Under the pieces are notes generated by a model that was given only the letters and a program-made list of their open reading frames with translations, made no database searches and was not told where the DNA came from. DNA of 64,000 nt, taken from the NCBI GenBank assembly GCA_963765765.1, contig CAVXYC010000029.1, positions 32,001 to 96,000 on the forward strand, written 5' to 3'. This document shows, one piece after another, positions 29,759-41,000 of this stretch. The stretch comes from an uncultured Chloroflexia bacterium. Lineage in GTDB: Bacteria; Chloroflexota; UBA6077; JACCZL01. The stretch's first letter is position 1, and each line of letters starts with the position of its first letter. The position numbers and the translations under genes were made by a program.

Positions 29759-31528
29759 CTAAAGTGACGGCTCAGGGCTCGGGTGAATCATTGCTCCATT
29801 TGTGGGGCCAGTGACCGCGGCGATGCGCTTGCGCTGCTCGAGGCCGTCCAGAATCTCGATGACGTCATCGCCCGTGAGATCCTCTTTGACAAGAAGCTCC
29901 TCGGCGATGGCGATGACCTCGTCGCGGTGATCGTCCAGGAAAGATTTCACCTTGGCGAACTGCTGGTCCAGAAGCCGCTCGATCTCGCGCTTGAGCTTGG
30001 GATCGGGCTGCGCCTCGTTAAACGCGAGATTGCTATACAGGCTGCCATTCATGCCGTACATTGCGATGTATGCGCCTGCGAGCCGTGTTGCATTCTGAAG
30101 ATCGCCACTGGCGCCCGTCATCTCAATGCCCAGGAAGAGCTGTTCGGCAGCACGGCTTCCAAGTGAGACCTGGATATGTGTCAGCAGCTCGTCTTTGGTC
30201 ATCGTGTAGATCTCTTCTTTCGGCTTCGGCACTGCGAATCCGAGAGCGCCTTCAACCTCACCGTGCCGCACGATCGTCACCTTCTCGAGGCGCTCACGTG
30301 GGAGTAGTTTGGCCATCACGAGTGCATGGCCTGTCTCGTGATAGGCGAGGCGTCGTTTGTCTTCTTGATTCATGCTCCGGATGGGCTGACGGAGACCCCA
30401 TTCGCGCATCTCGCGGGCTTCCCGGAGATCCTCGACCGTGACCATCTCGCGACCGGCAAAGTGCGAGACGACCACCGCCTCGTTGATGACAAACTTGATT
30501 TCAACGGGTGTGTAGCCAATCATCTCGGACGCTAGTCGATCGGTATCGAGCTTCGGGTCGTGCACGACCTTTGCCAGGTAGTAGTCGATCACTTCTTTGC
30601 GTCCGTCGAAATCTGGCGCATCCACCTTGAGCTTCCAGTCGAACCGCCCGGGGCGGAGCAGGGCTTGGTCAAGAACGTTGGCGAGGTTTGTCGCGCCCAT
30701 CGTGAGTACGGCCGGGATCTCGGCCTTCTTGGTGCGCAGTCCAAACCTCCGCAGCATGCGGGATTTCCAGTCCTGGTCATTAGGTGGCGGATCCATCTGC
30801 ATGAGCAGCTCGTTCAGAAGGCCTGAGCCACCGCCCATGCCCATGCCCATCATCCCGAAGCCTTGCTGTTGGCCACTTCGGGCGGCGCCGATGGCGTCGA
30901 TCTCATCGATGAAGATGATGCACGCCCCATACTTTTTGGCAAGCTTGCGTGCTTTGCCGAACAGCATCATGACGCGGAAGTTGCCGATACCCATGAACAT
31001 GTTCTGGAAGCTAGGCGCGCTGCAGTAGCAGAACGGAACGCCAGCCTCTGTGGCGATGCACTGAGCGAGATAAGACTTACCGGTTCCAGGAGGCCCGACG
31101 AGTAGCAGTCCGCGATGGACTTGCCCGCCCATTTGTCGAAATGACTTCACACCGCGAAGAAGAGTCACCACGCGTCGGGCGATCTCGAGAATCTCGGGAT
31201 TGCCGCGGTAGTCGCGGAAACCTACGCCCGTCTCGCCCGGCATGATCCAGTAGACGCGCGTCCTTCCTAGAAACCAGAACAGCGCCACGAACTGGATGAT
31301 CATAAACATGATCGCAAAGAAGAGCTGGAAGATCAGGTACGCGCCGAACAGAATGGCCGACGACCACTGCTCCCAGTTTTGCCAAACGAGGTAGGCGACT
31401 CCCGCGATCACCGCGACGGTGATCAGGAAGCGAATCAGCGCCCCAACGCGACCAAGGGTCACATCGATTTTGCGATCTAGCTCGTCGTAGTCGTCCTCGT
31501 GATAGATGCTGGCCTGTTTCACGGCCAT
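29759..31528 (-). CDS. FtsH-like AAA+ / M41 zinc protease paralogue
   Basis: Two adjacent N-terminal TM helices, Walker A GPPGTGKS, Walker B IFIDEID, SRH ATN..LDQALLRPGRFD, HETGH, GASGD. Confidence 0.88.
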   Translation of the reverse strand: MAVKQASIYHEDDYDELDRKIDVTLGRVGALIRFLITVAVIAGVAYLVWQNWEQWSSAILFGAYLIFQLFFAIMFMIIQFVALFWFLGRTRVYWIMPGETGVGFRDYRGNPEILEIARRVVTLLRGVKSFRQMGGQVHRGLLLVGPPGTGKSYLAQCIATEAGVPFCYCSAPSFQNMFMGIGNFRVMMLFGKARKLAKKYGACIIFIDEIDAIGAARSGQQQGFGMMGMGMGGGSGLLNELLMQMDPPPNDQDWKSRMLRRFGLRTKKAEIPAVLTMGATNLANVLDQALLRPGRFDWKLKVDAPDFDGRKEVIDYYLAKVVHDPKLDTDRLASEMIGYTPVEIKFVINEAVVVSHFAGREMVTVEDLREAREMREWGLRQPIRSMNQEDKRRLAYHETGHALVMAKLLPRERLEKVTIVRHGEVEGALGFAVPKPKEEIYTMTKDELLTHIQVSLGSRAAEQLFLGIEMTGASGDLQNATRLAGAYIAMYGMNGSLYSNLAFNEAQPDPKLKREIERLLDQQFAKVKSFLDDHRDEVIAIAEELLVKEDLTGDDVIEILDGLEQRKRIAAVTGPTNGAMIHPSPEPSL

Positions 31529-31540
31529 GTACGGGCCTCC

Positions 31541-32077
31541 CTACTGAACCCGAGCGATTTTTCCGCCACGGTCAAGCGTGAACACGTATGGAATGTAGAG
31601 TTGATCACTTCGGGACTGCGGCCCCCTTGTGAGCACCAGGTAGAAGTGCATGCTGGTCCCGTCGGCCAACTGTTGGCCGCCGATGTATGAAAAGTCCTCC
31701 AGCTTCGTTCCTTGATCACGAGCCGCGTCCATCTGTTGTTGAAGCTCCTGTGTTGTGGCGCCCCGCGCTCGAAATCGCTCCTGAGCTTCCGGTGCGAGAG
31801 CGGTCCACATGAGCTCCGCATTGAAGTTTTGATTTCCCTTGAGGTAGTTCTCGGTCGATGATGGCGCTTGGTGCGTTACGCCAGCAGACATCGGTGCACC
31901 GTTGTCACCTGAACGGACCGCCGTGTCCAACGGATTCATTTTGCCCGGGCTCAGCCATAAGTACCCGCCCGCTGCGCCGCCAAGAACCAGGATAACAAGT
32001 AGGCCGATTCCCAGAATCGGTCGAAGTACGATGGCGCGTGTGAGGCGACGAATAATCCTCCCGATTACACGACCCAT
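31541..32077 (-). CDS. membrane-anchored hypothetical protein, likely co-transcribed with the FtsH paralogue
   Basis: Basic N-terminus, one TM helix and a soluble alpha+beta C-terminal domain. Ends 12 nt before the FtsH-like start, which has a GGAGG RBS. Confidence 0.75.
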   Translation of the reverse strand: MGRVIGRIIRRLTRAIVLRPILGIGLLVILVLGGAAGGYLWLSPGKMNPLDTAVRSGDNGAPMSAGVTHQAPSSTENYLKGNQNFNAELMWTALAPEAQERFRARGATTQELQQQMDAARDQGTKLEDFSYIGGQQLADGTSMHFYLVLTRGPQSRSDQLYIPYVFTLDRGGKIARVQ

Positions 32078-32459
32078 GCGTGTCTGGTCATCTCCCCATG
32101 TGGCTTTGTTTGGTGGACCTGTGAAATAAAACGGAGATTCTACGCATACGACCCACAAACATCGCCGCCACATCCACTCCTATTAGCCAGATTGGCTTTG
32201 TGAACCGAAGGATTTGTCGCGCGGGTTGAGCGCGATGTCACTAACACGTTAGTGGATTCGGCCGTCGACTTCCTTGTTTTCCATGCACGAACGAGAGGGT
32301 CTCCGTTCGGGAGAAGACTCAGTCAGCGATGAGAATGGAAACACTGAATCGACGTCAGCCTTTCTGGACCGATGTCACACCATTCTAACACGGGTCCTTA
32401 TGACACCTTGCGATTGAGTTGAGCCTCCACCTATCCTCGGTCGCGCGGAGGTAAGGACG

Positions 32460-33596
32460 TTGGGTCAAAGGATTCGGGTGGGTGTCCTCTTTGGAGGACG
32501 ATCGGGCGAGCACGAGGTCTCGCTGGCTTCAGCAGAGTCGATACTCCGATACATCGACCAGGCTAAGTACGAGGTCGTGCCAATTGGTATCACGCGCGAA
32601 GGGCGCTGGCTCGCGTCTGGAGATCCACTCGCGGCGCTCAAGTCCGGTCAAACCCACAAATTCCTCGCGTCAGGTGACGGCGGTGAAAAGGTTCTCCCGG
32701 CAGCGCTGCTCCCTGACCCAGTTCACGGAGGTCTCGTGACCTGGTCAGAGGGCGCGGCCTCTTCTCAGCTTCGCGAGCTTGCTTCAGTCGACGTCGTATT
32801 TCCCGTACTCCATGGCACATTTGGTGAGGACGGAACTATCCAGGGGCTCCTGGAGATCGCCGGCCTGCCTTACGTGGGCGCTGGGGTACTCGGATCGTCT
32901 CTGGGTATGGACAAGGGCAAGATGAAGTGGCAATTCCGCGCGCGTGGATTGCCCCTGGCTGACTTTATCGAAATTCGCCGTTCGCGGTTCGAGCGCGATC
33001 CGGAAGCTGTTCTCGCCGAGATTGAGCAGACGCTGGGATTGCCGGCCTTCATCAAGCCCGCACGCCTCGGCTCCAGCGTTGGGGTCAGCAAGGCACGCAC
33101 GAGAACCGAGCTTCGGGACGCGTTGACGCTTGCGGCTGAGTTTGACGATCGGCTGATCGCGGAGCAGAATATCAATGCTCGCGAGCTGGAATGCAGCGTG
33201 CTCGGGAACGAAGAGCCTATCGCCTCCGTAGTCGGAGAAATTATTCCCGCGAATGAGTTCTACGACTATGAGGCCAAGTATCTCGACGAGGGCTCGAAAC
33301 TGGTCATTCCGGCTGAGATCAGTAACGGAATCTCAGACGAAATTCGCGCGATGGCTATTGAGGCATTTGATGCCGTGGACTGCGCGGGAATGGCGCGAGT
33401 TGATTTCTTTCTGGAGCAAGATACGAATCGAGTACTGCTGAACGAGATCAACACGATACCGGGATTCACCAATATCAGCATGTATCCCAAGCTCTGGGAA
33501 GCGTCAGGTTTGAGCTATGGCGATTTGATCGATCGGCTCATTCAGCTTGCCATTGAGCGACATGCGGATCGGGCTCGAAACCGGGTCAATCGTTGA
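32460..33596 (+). CDS. ddl: D-alanine--D-alanine ligase
   Basis: [59 protein letters not shown]. Confidence 0.96.
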   Translation: MGQRIRVGVLFGGRSGEHEVSLASAESILRYIDQAKYEVVPIGITREGRWLASGDPLAALKSGQTHKFLASGDGGEKVLPAALLPDPVHGGLVTWSEGAASSQLRELASVDVVFPVLHGTFGEDGTIQGLLEIAGLPYVGAGVLGSSLGMDKGKMKWQFRARGLPLADFIEIRRSRFERDPEAVLAEIEQTLGLPAFIKPARLGSSVGVSKARTRTELRDALTLAAEFDDRLIAEQNINARELECSVLGNEEPIASVVGEIIPANEFYDYEAKYLDEGSKLVIPAEISNGISDEIRAMAIEAFDAVDCAGMARVDFFLEQDTNRVLLNEINTIPGFTNISMYPKLWEASGLSYGDLIDRLIQLAIERHADRARNRVNR

Positions 33597-33695
33597 TGAA
33601 ATCTGGTCAGGACTGCTCAAGGGCTTCCCTCACGGTCAACTCAAGAACATGAGCCACAGGCTAACGACACCTACCGCGGCTCCCCGTTCGGGGAA

Positions 33696-34982
33696 TTAGA
33701 GCTCCGCAAACGCTTCCACCGCCGCATCGATTGTCCGATCAATGTCATCGTCGCGGTGCGCGAGGCTTACGAATGCGGCCTCAAATTGAGATGGCGCGAA
33801 ATAGACGCCACGGGCGAGCATGGCTTGAAAGAAGCGCGCGTATCGAGTTGTGTCGGCCTTCTTGGCGCTCTCGTAGTCAAACACGGGCTGGCCGATAAAG
33901 AAAGACGTCATCATTGAGCCAACTCTGTTTGAGAACATCTCAATGCCGTGCGCCTTCGCCGCTGAGGCGATTCCATCACTGAGCCGGGCTCCGAGTTTCT
34001 CGAGTCGGCCATAAACGCCAGGCTCTTGAAGCGCTCGAAGAGTCGCGAGTCCGGCAGCGACGGCGATGGGATTCCCTGAGAGTGTTCCTGCCTGGTAGAT
34101 CGGTCCGGCGGGTGCCATGCATTGCAGGACATCCCGTCGCCCTCCATAGGCTCCCACAGGCAGGCCTCCGCCGATGATCTTTCCCAGGCAGGTGATATCT
34201 GGGGTGATGCCGAATCGCCCTTGAGCGCCGCTATAGGCGACGCGAAAGCCGGTGATGACCTCGTCAAAAATGAGCAGCGATCCGGAGCGCTCTGTGATCT
34301 GGCGAAGCCCCTGGAGGAATCCGTCTGTAGGGGGCACCACGCCCATATTCCCCGCCACGGGCTCAACGATGACCGCGGCGATGTCTGAACCGAATTGATT
34401 GAATGCCCGTTGGACGCTCTCAAGGTCGTTGTAGCCGGTACTGAGCGTCTCGCTCGCTAGCCCAGGTGGGACGCCAGGGCTATCCGGAGACCCAAGAGTG
34501 AGCGGTCCGGATCCGGCTTTTACTAGTAGGCCGTCGGCGTGTCCGTGATAGCACCCATCGAACTTGATGATCTTGTTTCGACCAGTGAAGCCGCGCGCAA
34601 GGCGTATGGCCGACATCGTCGCTTCAGTACCGGAATTGACCAGCCGAACCATCTCAACGGATGGCAACGCGTCAGTAATGAGCTCAGCCAGCTCTACTTC
34701 TCGTTCGGTGGGTGCACCAAAGCTCGTGCCATTGCTCGCGGTGCGCTGAATGGCCTCGACCACCGATGGATGGCCATGGCCCAAAATCAATGGTCCCCAC
34801 GATCCGACGAAGTCGATGTATTCGCCACCGTCCGCGTCAAAAACGCGTGACCCGGCGCCGCGCTCAATAAACAGTGGCTGACCGCCGACCGAACGAAACG
34901 CGCGAACGGGGCTATTGACTCCGCCGGGAATTACATGTTGTGCGCGGGCGAAAAGGTGCTTTGAGTTCGGGCCGACGCTCAT
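33696..34982 (-). CDS. hemL: glutamate-1-semialdehyde 2,1-aminomutase
   Basis: [71 protein letters not shown]. Confidence 0.96.
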   Translation of the reverse strand: MSVGPNSKHLFARAQHVIPGGVNSPVRAFRSVGGQPLFIERGAGSRVFDADGGEYIDFVGSWGPLILGHGHPSVVEAIQRTASNGTSFGAPTEREVELAELITDALPSVEMVRLVNSGTEATMSAIRLARGFTGRNKIIKFDGCYHGHADGLLVKAGSGPLTLGSPDSPGVPPGLASETLSTGYNDLESVQRAFNQFGSDIAAVIVEPVAGNMGVVPPTDGFLQGLRQITERSGSLLIFDEVITGFRVAYSGAQGRFGITPDITCLGKIIGGGLPVGAYGGRRDVLQCMAPAGPIYQAGTLSGNPIAVAAGLATLRALQEPGVYGRLEKLGARLSDGIASAAKAHGIEMFSNRVGSMMTSFFIGQPVFDYESAKKADTTRYARFFQAMLARGVYFAPSQFEAAFVSLAHRDDDIDRTIDAAVEAFAEL

Positions 34983-35959
34983 GCGCACATCCATCGGCAC
35001 ACGTCGGGGGCATGGTACGAGATGATCATGTCCGCGCCCGCTCGCTTGATACCGGTAAGAATCTCCATCGTTACTCGTTCCTCGTCAAGCCAGCCGTTTG
35101 CCGCGGCAGCCTTGACCATCGCGTACTCTCCGCTCACGTTGTAGGCGACAAGCGGCAGGTCGAATCGATCTCGCGCCATGCGAATCAGGTCGAGGTAAGC
35201 GAGCGCGGGCTTCACCATCATGAAATCGGCGCCTTCGTTTATGTCCAGCTCGATCTCTCGCATCGCCTCACGGGCATTGCCCGAGTCCATCTGATAGGAG
35301 CGGCGATCGCCGAACTGTGGCGTGCTATCCGCGGCTTCGCGAAATGGTCCGTAGAAGCCGGATGCGAACTTGGCGGAATAGGCCATGATGGCCGCTTCCG
35401 AGTATCCCTTTTCATCCAGGGCTTTCCGGATCGAGCCGATTCGGCCATCCATCATGTCGGACGGTGCAATGATGTCCGCACCGGCCTCGGCCTGAGCCAG
35501 GGCTGTCTTGTTCAGGAGCTGGATGGTGGCGTCATTCCGAACGTGGCCGTCCTCCACGATGCCGCAGTGACCGTGACTGGTGTACTCACAAAGACACAGA
35601 TCGGCAATCACGATGAGATCGGGGCAATGCTCCTTCAGCTCCCGTATGGCGACCTGAACGATGCCATCCCGTGCATAAGCTTCAGAACCAAACTCGTCCT
35701 TCGATTGGGGTAGGCCAAAGAGGAGCACGGCGGGAATTCCAAGCTTCGCAACCTCACGGGCGTCCGCCACAACTTCGTCCACCGAAAGCTGGGACACGCC
35801 TGGCATTGATGAGACCGGCTGACGGACACCTCGTCCTGGAGTGACGAAATACGGATAGATGAAATCAGACGGGGAAAGGGCTGTTTCGCGCACCATCCGT
35901 CGCATCGTTTCTGTTCGCCGCAAGCGTCGCATGCGCAGGGCCGGAAATGCACTCGTCAC
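34979..35959 (-). CDS. hemB: porphobilinogen synthase
   Basis: [50 protein letters not shown]. Confidence 0.97.
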   Translation of the reverse strand: MTSAFPALRMRRLRRTETMRRMVRETALSPSDFIYPYFVTPGRGVRQPVSSMPGVSQLSVDEVVADAREVAKLGIPAVLLFGLPQSKDEFGSEAYARDGIVQVAIRELKEHCPDLIVIADLCLCEYTSHGHCGIVEDGHVRNDATIQLLNKTALAQAEAGADIIAPSDMMDGRIGSIRKALDEKGYSEAAIMAYSAKFASGFYGPFREAADSTPQFGDRRSYQMDSGNAREAMREIELDINEGADFMMVKPALAYLDLIRMARDRFDLPLVAYNVSGEYAMVKAAAANGWLDEERVTMEILTGIKRAGADMIISYHAPDVCRWMCA

Positions 35960-37494
35960 GGTTGCCCCCTCTCCTGTCTCCGAATTGACCACCAGTCCAC
36001 GACGACGGACACTAAACCCTCGACGGTGTAGTCACTGGCAACGGACTCCACGCGAAGGCCTGCGTTGCGGGCGGCCTCGGCGGTTGTAGGACCAATGCAG
36101 ATACTCGGAATGTTCCGAGCTACTCCCTCACGCTCTTCTCCGACCGCGCTCACGAAGTTGGCGACGGTGGAGGAGCTGGTGAACGTCAGGACGTCAAGTT
36201 CGCATCGGTCAAGAAGGCCGCGGAGCTCCTCCGCGCGATGCGGGGCCGGAACCGTCTTGTAGGCGACAAACGATTCGACAGAAGCCCCCAGCTCCTTGAG
36301 TCCATCGACGATCTCTGTCGGAGCGATATCGCTTCGGAACAACGCAATTCGAGCGTGGTTTACGCCTACTTCCCCGAGCTTCTGCACGATCGCGCTCGAA
36401 ATGAATTTTGGGGGCGTCACATCCGCCTGCAGGCCGTAGCCCCGCAGCGCTCGCGCGGTGGCTGGTCCGATGGCGCAGATGCGCGTGTTACCGAGCACGC
36501 GTACATCCTTCCCGGAATTGAGCAGGCGGTCCATCGTCGCCCTCACTCCATTGGCGCTCGTGAATACCACCCAGTCGAAAGAGCTCAGGCTATGTAGCGC
36601 AGCGTCCAACGTCTCCAAGTGCTCGGTCGGCTGAATATCGATCGCAGGCAGCTCAATTGGCGCGGCTCCTAGCTCACGCAATGAGCGAACGAAGGAGCTT
36701 GACTGTTCTCGCGACCGCGTAACTAGAACTCGAAGGCCGAAAAGCGGGAGGTCCTCGAACCACGATAACTGGTCACGGAGCGCGACGACGTCACCCGCAA
36801 CGAGAATGGCTGGTGGTTTGACTGACTGTGCTCGAGCCCTGTCAGCTATGGTCGCCAACGTTCCAGTCACGGTCCGCTGTCGTGGCGTTGTTCCCCACTG
36901 GATGATCGCAGCAGGCTGGTCTGGCGCGCGGCCCGACCGGATAAGTCGCTCGACAATCTCCGCCATCTGCTCAACTCCCATGAGCACGACAAGCGTATCT
37001 GCACCGTTGGCGAGCGCGTCCCAACGGTGGGAAGACTCCGACTTTGATGGATCCTCGTGACCTGTGAGCACGGTGAATGATGCCGCGATCCCGCGGTGTG
37101 TGACGGGTATGCCGGAGAATTCCGGGGCTGCAAGGGCCGAGCTAATACCCGGGACGATCTCGAATGGAATCCCGTGCTTGCGGAGGCAGAGGGCTTCTTC
37201 TCCGCCTCGTCCGAATACAAACGGATCACCGCCCTTGAGCCGGACTATCTTCTCCCCGGCCTGCGCCAACTCGACAAGCAGGTCATTGATCCCGTCCTGT
37301 GGCACAGCGTGATCGCGCGGTCCTTTACCTACATAGATCCGCCGAGCAGAAGGAGGCGCAAAGTCGAGGACCTCCATCGGGATAAGGCGATCGTGAACGA
37401 CCACGGAAGCATCCTCAAGGCATTGCTTACCGCGAACAGTAAGTAACCCGGGGTTGCCAGGCCCCGCTCCCACCAGTGCAACTTGCCAGATCAC
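35956..37494 (-). CDS. cobA: uroporphyrinogen-III C-methyltransferase / uroporphyrinogen-III synthase fusion (CobA-HemD)
   Basis: [32 protein letters not shown], then HemD motifs VLVTR, FTSANGV, IGPATA, FTSSSTV. Confidence 0.94.
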   Translation of the reverse strand: MIWQVALVGAGPGNPGLLTVRGKQCLEDASVVVHDRLIPMEVLDFAPPSARRIYVGKGPRDHAVPQDGINDLLVELAQAGEKIVRLKGGDPFVFGRGGEEALCLRKHGIPFEIVPGISSALAAPEFSGIPVTHRGIAASFTVLTGHEDPSKSESSHRWDALANGADTLVVLMGVEQMAEIVERLIRSGRAPDQPAAIIQWGTTPRQRTVTGTLATIADRARAQSVKPPAILVAGDVVALRDQLSWFEDLPLFGLRVLVTRSREQSSSFVRSLRELGAAPIELPAIDIQPTEHLETLDAALHSLSSFDWVVFTSANGVRATMDRLLNSGKDVRVLGNTRICAIGPATARALRGYGLQADVTPPKFISSAIVQKLGEVGVNHARIALFRSDIAPTEIVDGLKELGASVESFVAYKTVPAPHRAEELRGLLDRCELDVLTFTSSSTVANFVSAVGEEREGVARNIPSICIGPTTAEAARNAGLRVESVASDYTVEGLVSVVVDWWSIRRQERGQP

Positions 37495-38423
37495 GAACCG
37501 CCCAGCCCTGGATTCGCGAGTCGCGCCATTATTGCTGAAAGGTCGTCTGCAACTAGCCTTCCGAGCTGATCGGCATCTGACGCCGGCCCGGTCCTCTCCG
37601 ATCGTGCCACGTCCTGCCCGGACTCATCGGCGACCACCGCCAACAAATGCAGCTCGTCACCGTTTCGTCGTCCAATGGCCCCCACAGGCACGCGGCAACC
37701 TCCCCCAATAGCTGCCAGAAACGATCGTTCCGCCCGAGTTTCGGTATTCGTTATTTCGTCGTTCACATGGGCCACCAGGGCGAGCGTCTCAGCGTCGTCG
37801 GACCGGCATTGAATCGCCAACGCACCCTGGCCGACCGCCGGGATGCATTGCTCCGGGCTGAACACCGTCGAGATTCTCTGATGAAGCCCGAGGCGACTCA
37901 ATCCAGCGACGGCGATGACCAGGCCATCGAACTGCCCCTCGTCCAACTTGCGGAGGCGAGTGTCAACGTTTCCCCGGACTCCAGCGAATTGCAGATCAGG
38001 ACGGAGCGCCCGTAGCTGTGCAATTCTTCTCGGACTGCCCGTCGCCAGTATCGCGCCTGTCGGCACGTCGGAGAAATCTGTTCCATCGCGAGTGACGAGC
38101 GCATCGCGCGAATCCTCTCGTACCGGGACCGCACCGATCACCAGGCCGGATACTTCCTCTGAGGGCAGATCCTTCAGAGAATGCACGGCAATATCGGCTC
38201 GTCCACTCAAGAGCTCTTCTTCAAGTGCTTTGACAAATACGCCTTCACCGAGCTGGGCCAGAGATATGTCCTGGCGGACGTCCCCACGTGTGCTGACTAT
38301 CTCGATAGACAGCTCCTGTCTGCCGAGAAGCGGCCGAAGCATATCTGCAACAGAGTGCGCCTGCTTTAGCGCCAGGGTGCTGCCGCGGGTGGCTATCCGC
38401 TGCGGGCGCATCCCCGTTGGCAC
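37491..38423 (-). CDS. hemC: hydroxymethylbilane synthase
   Basis: ATRGSTLALKQ, GVFVKALE, AVHSLKDLP, RGNVDTRL, PAVGQGAL, GGCRVP. Confidence 0.96.
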   Translation of the reverse strand: MPTGMRPQRIATRGSTLALKQAHSVADMLRPLLGRQELSIEIVSTRGDVRQDISLAQLGEGVFVKALEEELLSGRADIAVHSLKDLPSEEVSGLVIGAVPVREDSRDALVTRDGTDFSDVPTGAILATGSPRRIAQLRALRPDLQFAGVRGNVDTRLRKLDEGQFDGLVIAVAGLSRLGLHQRISTVFSPEQCIPAVGQGALAIQCRSDDAETLALVAHVNDEITNTETRAERSFLAAIGGGCRVPVGAIGRRNGDELHLLAVVADESGQDVARSERTGPASDADQLGRLVADDLSAIMARLANPGLGGS

Positions 38424-39685
38424 TAGTCGTCAGCCAGGCTAAAGAGGTCGCGAACTGTTCTCGCGTATGCACGACTATCGTGCTCGGTCGAACTCGACTT
38501 GAGTCGAATGATGGGATCATGCAGAAGCTTGTTGACGAGAGCCACAGAGAGCGCCTGCACGACGTTTCTGTCGCGATCCGAGAGGCCTGACAGACGTGTC
38601 AGTGCCCGGTCTAGCTCTGATTGCCGTATCGACTCGGCGCGACTGACCAGCGACTGGATAAGTGGCGTCACCTCGCGACTTTCCCGCCAGGATTCAAAGC
38701 TCGCGACCTCGTCCTCGATCAACGCTTCAGCTTGAGGAAGCTCGAGCTTCCGAATTTCGAGGTTGCGCGAGCAGATTCCATCCAGATCATCGATATTGAA
38801 GAGATGGACATTGGAAACCTCGGCCGCCTCAGGCGCCACGTCACGGGGTACGGCGATATCCACAATGAGCATTGATCGGTCCATTCGCTGGAGCATGGCT
38901 CTCTCAACGTCCTGACGCTCCAGGACATGAGCTCCAGATGCGGTGGAGCTGATGACGATGTCTGATTGGGCGAGCGCAGCGTCGATGTCGTCCAGCGTGC
39001 AGGGCTCCCCGCCCAGTCTCCGCGCAATCCGCTCGGCACTTGCCATACCACGGCTTCCGACGATCAAGCGACTAACGCCGTGAGCTCGCAGGGTGCGGAC
39101 AGTGAGCTCACCCATCTTGCCCGCGCCAATGACGAGAGCCGTGAGGCCGCGCAAATCTCCGAGGACATCTCGTGCAAGCTCGACGGCCGCATAACTAACA
39201 CTCACCGCGTTCCTGGCTATGTCGGTCTCAGTCCGAATGCGCTTGCCAGTCGCCAGCGCTTGCTCGAAGAGGCGGGACATCGTCGGACTTAGAGTTTGGT
39301 GCTGTCGTGCAATATCATACGCCGACCGAAGCTGCCCCAGAATTTGCGGCTCACCAATCACCATCGATTCCAGGCCGGAGCTCACGCGAAGTAAATGACG
39401 GACTGCTTCCAGTTGAGCAAAGGTCTCCGTGCGTTCCTCTAGTTCCAGTCCCGGCACCCCGCGCGAATCAGCGAGAAAACGGATCAGCGCCTCACTGCCG
39501 GAGCGCAGGTGGCCGACGTCCGCGTAAATCTCAGTTCGATTGCAGGTCGAGAGAATGACACCCTCATGGGCAAATTGTCCCAGGCGGTCAATCGCCTGGC
39601 CCAGGGTATCTGGAGGAAAGGCCAATCGCTCCCGCAGCTCGAGGGGCGTCGTGTGATGGCTTACGCCCACGGACACGAGCGTCAT
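38423..39685 (-). CDS. hemA: glutamyl-tRNA reductase
   Basis: LSTCNRTE, SGLESMVIGEPQILGQ, SVSYAAV, IGAGKMG, DIAVPRDV. Confidence 0.96.
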   Translation of the reverse strand: MTLVSVGVSHHTTPLELRERLAFPPDTLGQAIDRLGQFAHEGVILSTCNRTEIYADVGHLRSGSEALIRFLADSRGVPGLELEERTETFAQLEAVRHLLRVSSGLESMVIGEPQILGQLRSAYDIARQHQTLSPTMSRLFEQALATGKRIRTETDIARNAVSVSYAAVELARDVLGDLRGLTALVIGAGKMGELTVRTLRAHGVSRLIVGSRGMASAERIARRLGGEPCTLDDIDAALAQSDIVISSTASGAHVLERQDVERAMLQRMDRSMLIVDIAVPRDVAPEAAEVSNVHLFNIDDLDGICSRNLEIRKLELPQAEALIEDEVASFESWRESREVTPLIQSLVSRAESIRQSELDRALTRLSGLSDRDRNVVQALSVALVNKLLHDPIIRLKSSSTEHDSRAYARTVRDLFSLADD

Positions 39686-40335
39686 TTGAGGCTTCCATTG
39701 AGCGCTGTGGCTTCAAGACGCGAAACGATGGTCTTGACTGCTTCGGCACGGCGTCCAGCGCGAATGTGAGCCAGGATTGACGCATCGTGCATGAGCTCTC
39801 GCCATTGGTCTCCAGTTGTCGAGATTTGCGATCCGCGAACCGACTCACGCGCCTCGGCGATGACTTCCAGGAGTGCCAGGCGCTCCTCTGTCAATAGCGT
39901 ATCGAGCTCTTCCCGCAGAAGTCGTGCAAATGCCGGGCTTCGTCCAGATGTGGAGAGGGCTACCGTGACATCGTCGCGCCTTACGACGGCCGGGACATGG
40001 AATGTACCGTCATGCGGCGAATCTGCTCGATTGACGAGGGACCCGTTGTGACGAGCGACTTGCTCAAGCCGAGCGTTCACCTGAGCGCTGTCAGTAGCCA
40101 GGAACACCAGGTTCGCGCCATCCAGGTCTTGTTCATGCGCTTCGCGCTGGATCCAGCGGATGGCCTGATTATCCACCAGATCACGAAGGTCGGGGTGAAC
40201 CCCAGGCGCGATCACCGTCACGTCGGCTCCCGCGTCCAGCAGCCCGCGGGCTTTGCGCAATGCCACCGCTCCGCCACCGATCACCACACAGCGAAGTCCT
40301 TCGACCCGAACGAACATGGGATAGAGGCGAGTCAT
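39682..40335 (-). CDS. precorrin-2 dehydrogenase / sirohydrochlorin ferrochelatase (SirC/Met8/CysG N-terminal type)
   Basis: YPMF, VIGGGAVALRK, VNRADSP..GTFHVPAVVRR, ALSTSGRSPAFAR. Confidence 0.9.
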   Translation of the reverse strand: MTRLYPMFVRVEGLRCVVIGGGAVALRKARGLLDAGADVTVIAPGVHPDLRDLVDNQAIRWIQREAHEQDLDGANLVFLATDSAQVNARLEQVARHNGSLVNRADSPHDGTFHVPAVVRRDDVTVALSTSGRSPAFARLLREELDTLLTEERLALLEVIAEARESVRGSQISTTGDQWRELMHDASILAHIRAGRRAEAVKTIVSRLEATALNGSLK

Positions 40336-40976
40336 TTCGCGGCAACCGTCCTTGTCGCGGCTTCGTGCGCCTCGGTCATGCTGAGCAGGACGTGATCCAT
40401 AAACTGATTGACCCGAATGAGCGCGTCAGCCACACGCGGTCCACGTTGGGGTTGATCTCCAAACCAGCGTGTGACGCTTTCTACGACCGGATTCCGAAAG
40501 AAAAGAAATGCCTGCATCGCATCGTGGAGAGACAGGCCCAGCCGAGCCGCGACCTGACCGTATTCAGTGGCGACCCCCGCTCCATCGCGAAGACTGCGTT
40601 CGCGCTCGCGTTTGGTAGAAGCCAGCACGAATGCCGTGAGCTGGTGGAGCATTGAAGAGCCCAGCGTACGGAAATGCTGACGCTCGACTGGCTCGAGATC
40701 CTGCATCCAGCCATGGTCAGGGTGGCCACGACGCTCTATCTGACCGTAGCGCTCGCGACTGGAGAGGAGGGCGGCGCTCAAGCTGGCTTCCATAGGAGGA
40801 GACGCCTCGGTGAGTTGGTGTAGGTCGTCTTCAAGGTATCGCCTATGGCCGCCAGGAGTGACGTAGGCGCGTACTTTTCCTTCGTCCGTCCAGTGTCGCA
40901 GCGTCGCTTGATTGACGCCGAGCAGCTCGCAGGCTCTACGGATACTGACCCAGCGCACATTGGGATTGACTTCCAT
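40332..40976 (-). CDS. Xis/BldC/MerR-like HTH regulator with all-helical C-terminal domain, first gene of the tetrapyrrole operon
   Basis: WVSIRRACELLGVNQATLRHWTDEGKV...TPGGHRRY winged HTH. Its stop overlaps the start of the next gene (ATGA). Confidence 0.85.
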   Translation of the reverse strand: MEVNPNVRWVSIRRACELLGVNQATLRHWTDEGKVRAYVTPGGHRRYLEDDLHQLTEASPPMEASLSAALLSSRERYGQIERRGHPDHGWMQDLEPVERQHFRTLGSSMLHQLTAFVLASTKRERERSLRDGAGVATEYGQVAARLGLSLHDAMQAFLFFRNPVVESVTRWFGDQPQRGPRVADALIRVNQFMDHVLLSMTEAHEAATRTVAAK

Positions 40977-41000
40977 TCGAGATGTGTCTGTCGATCCCCA

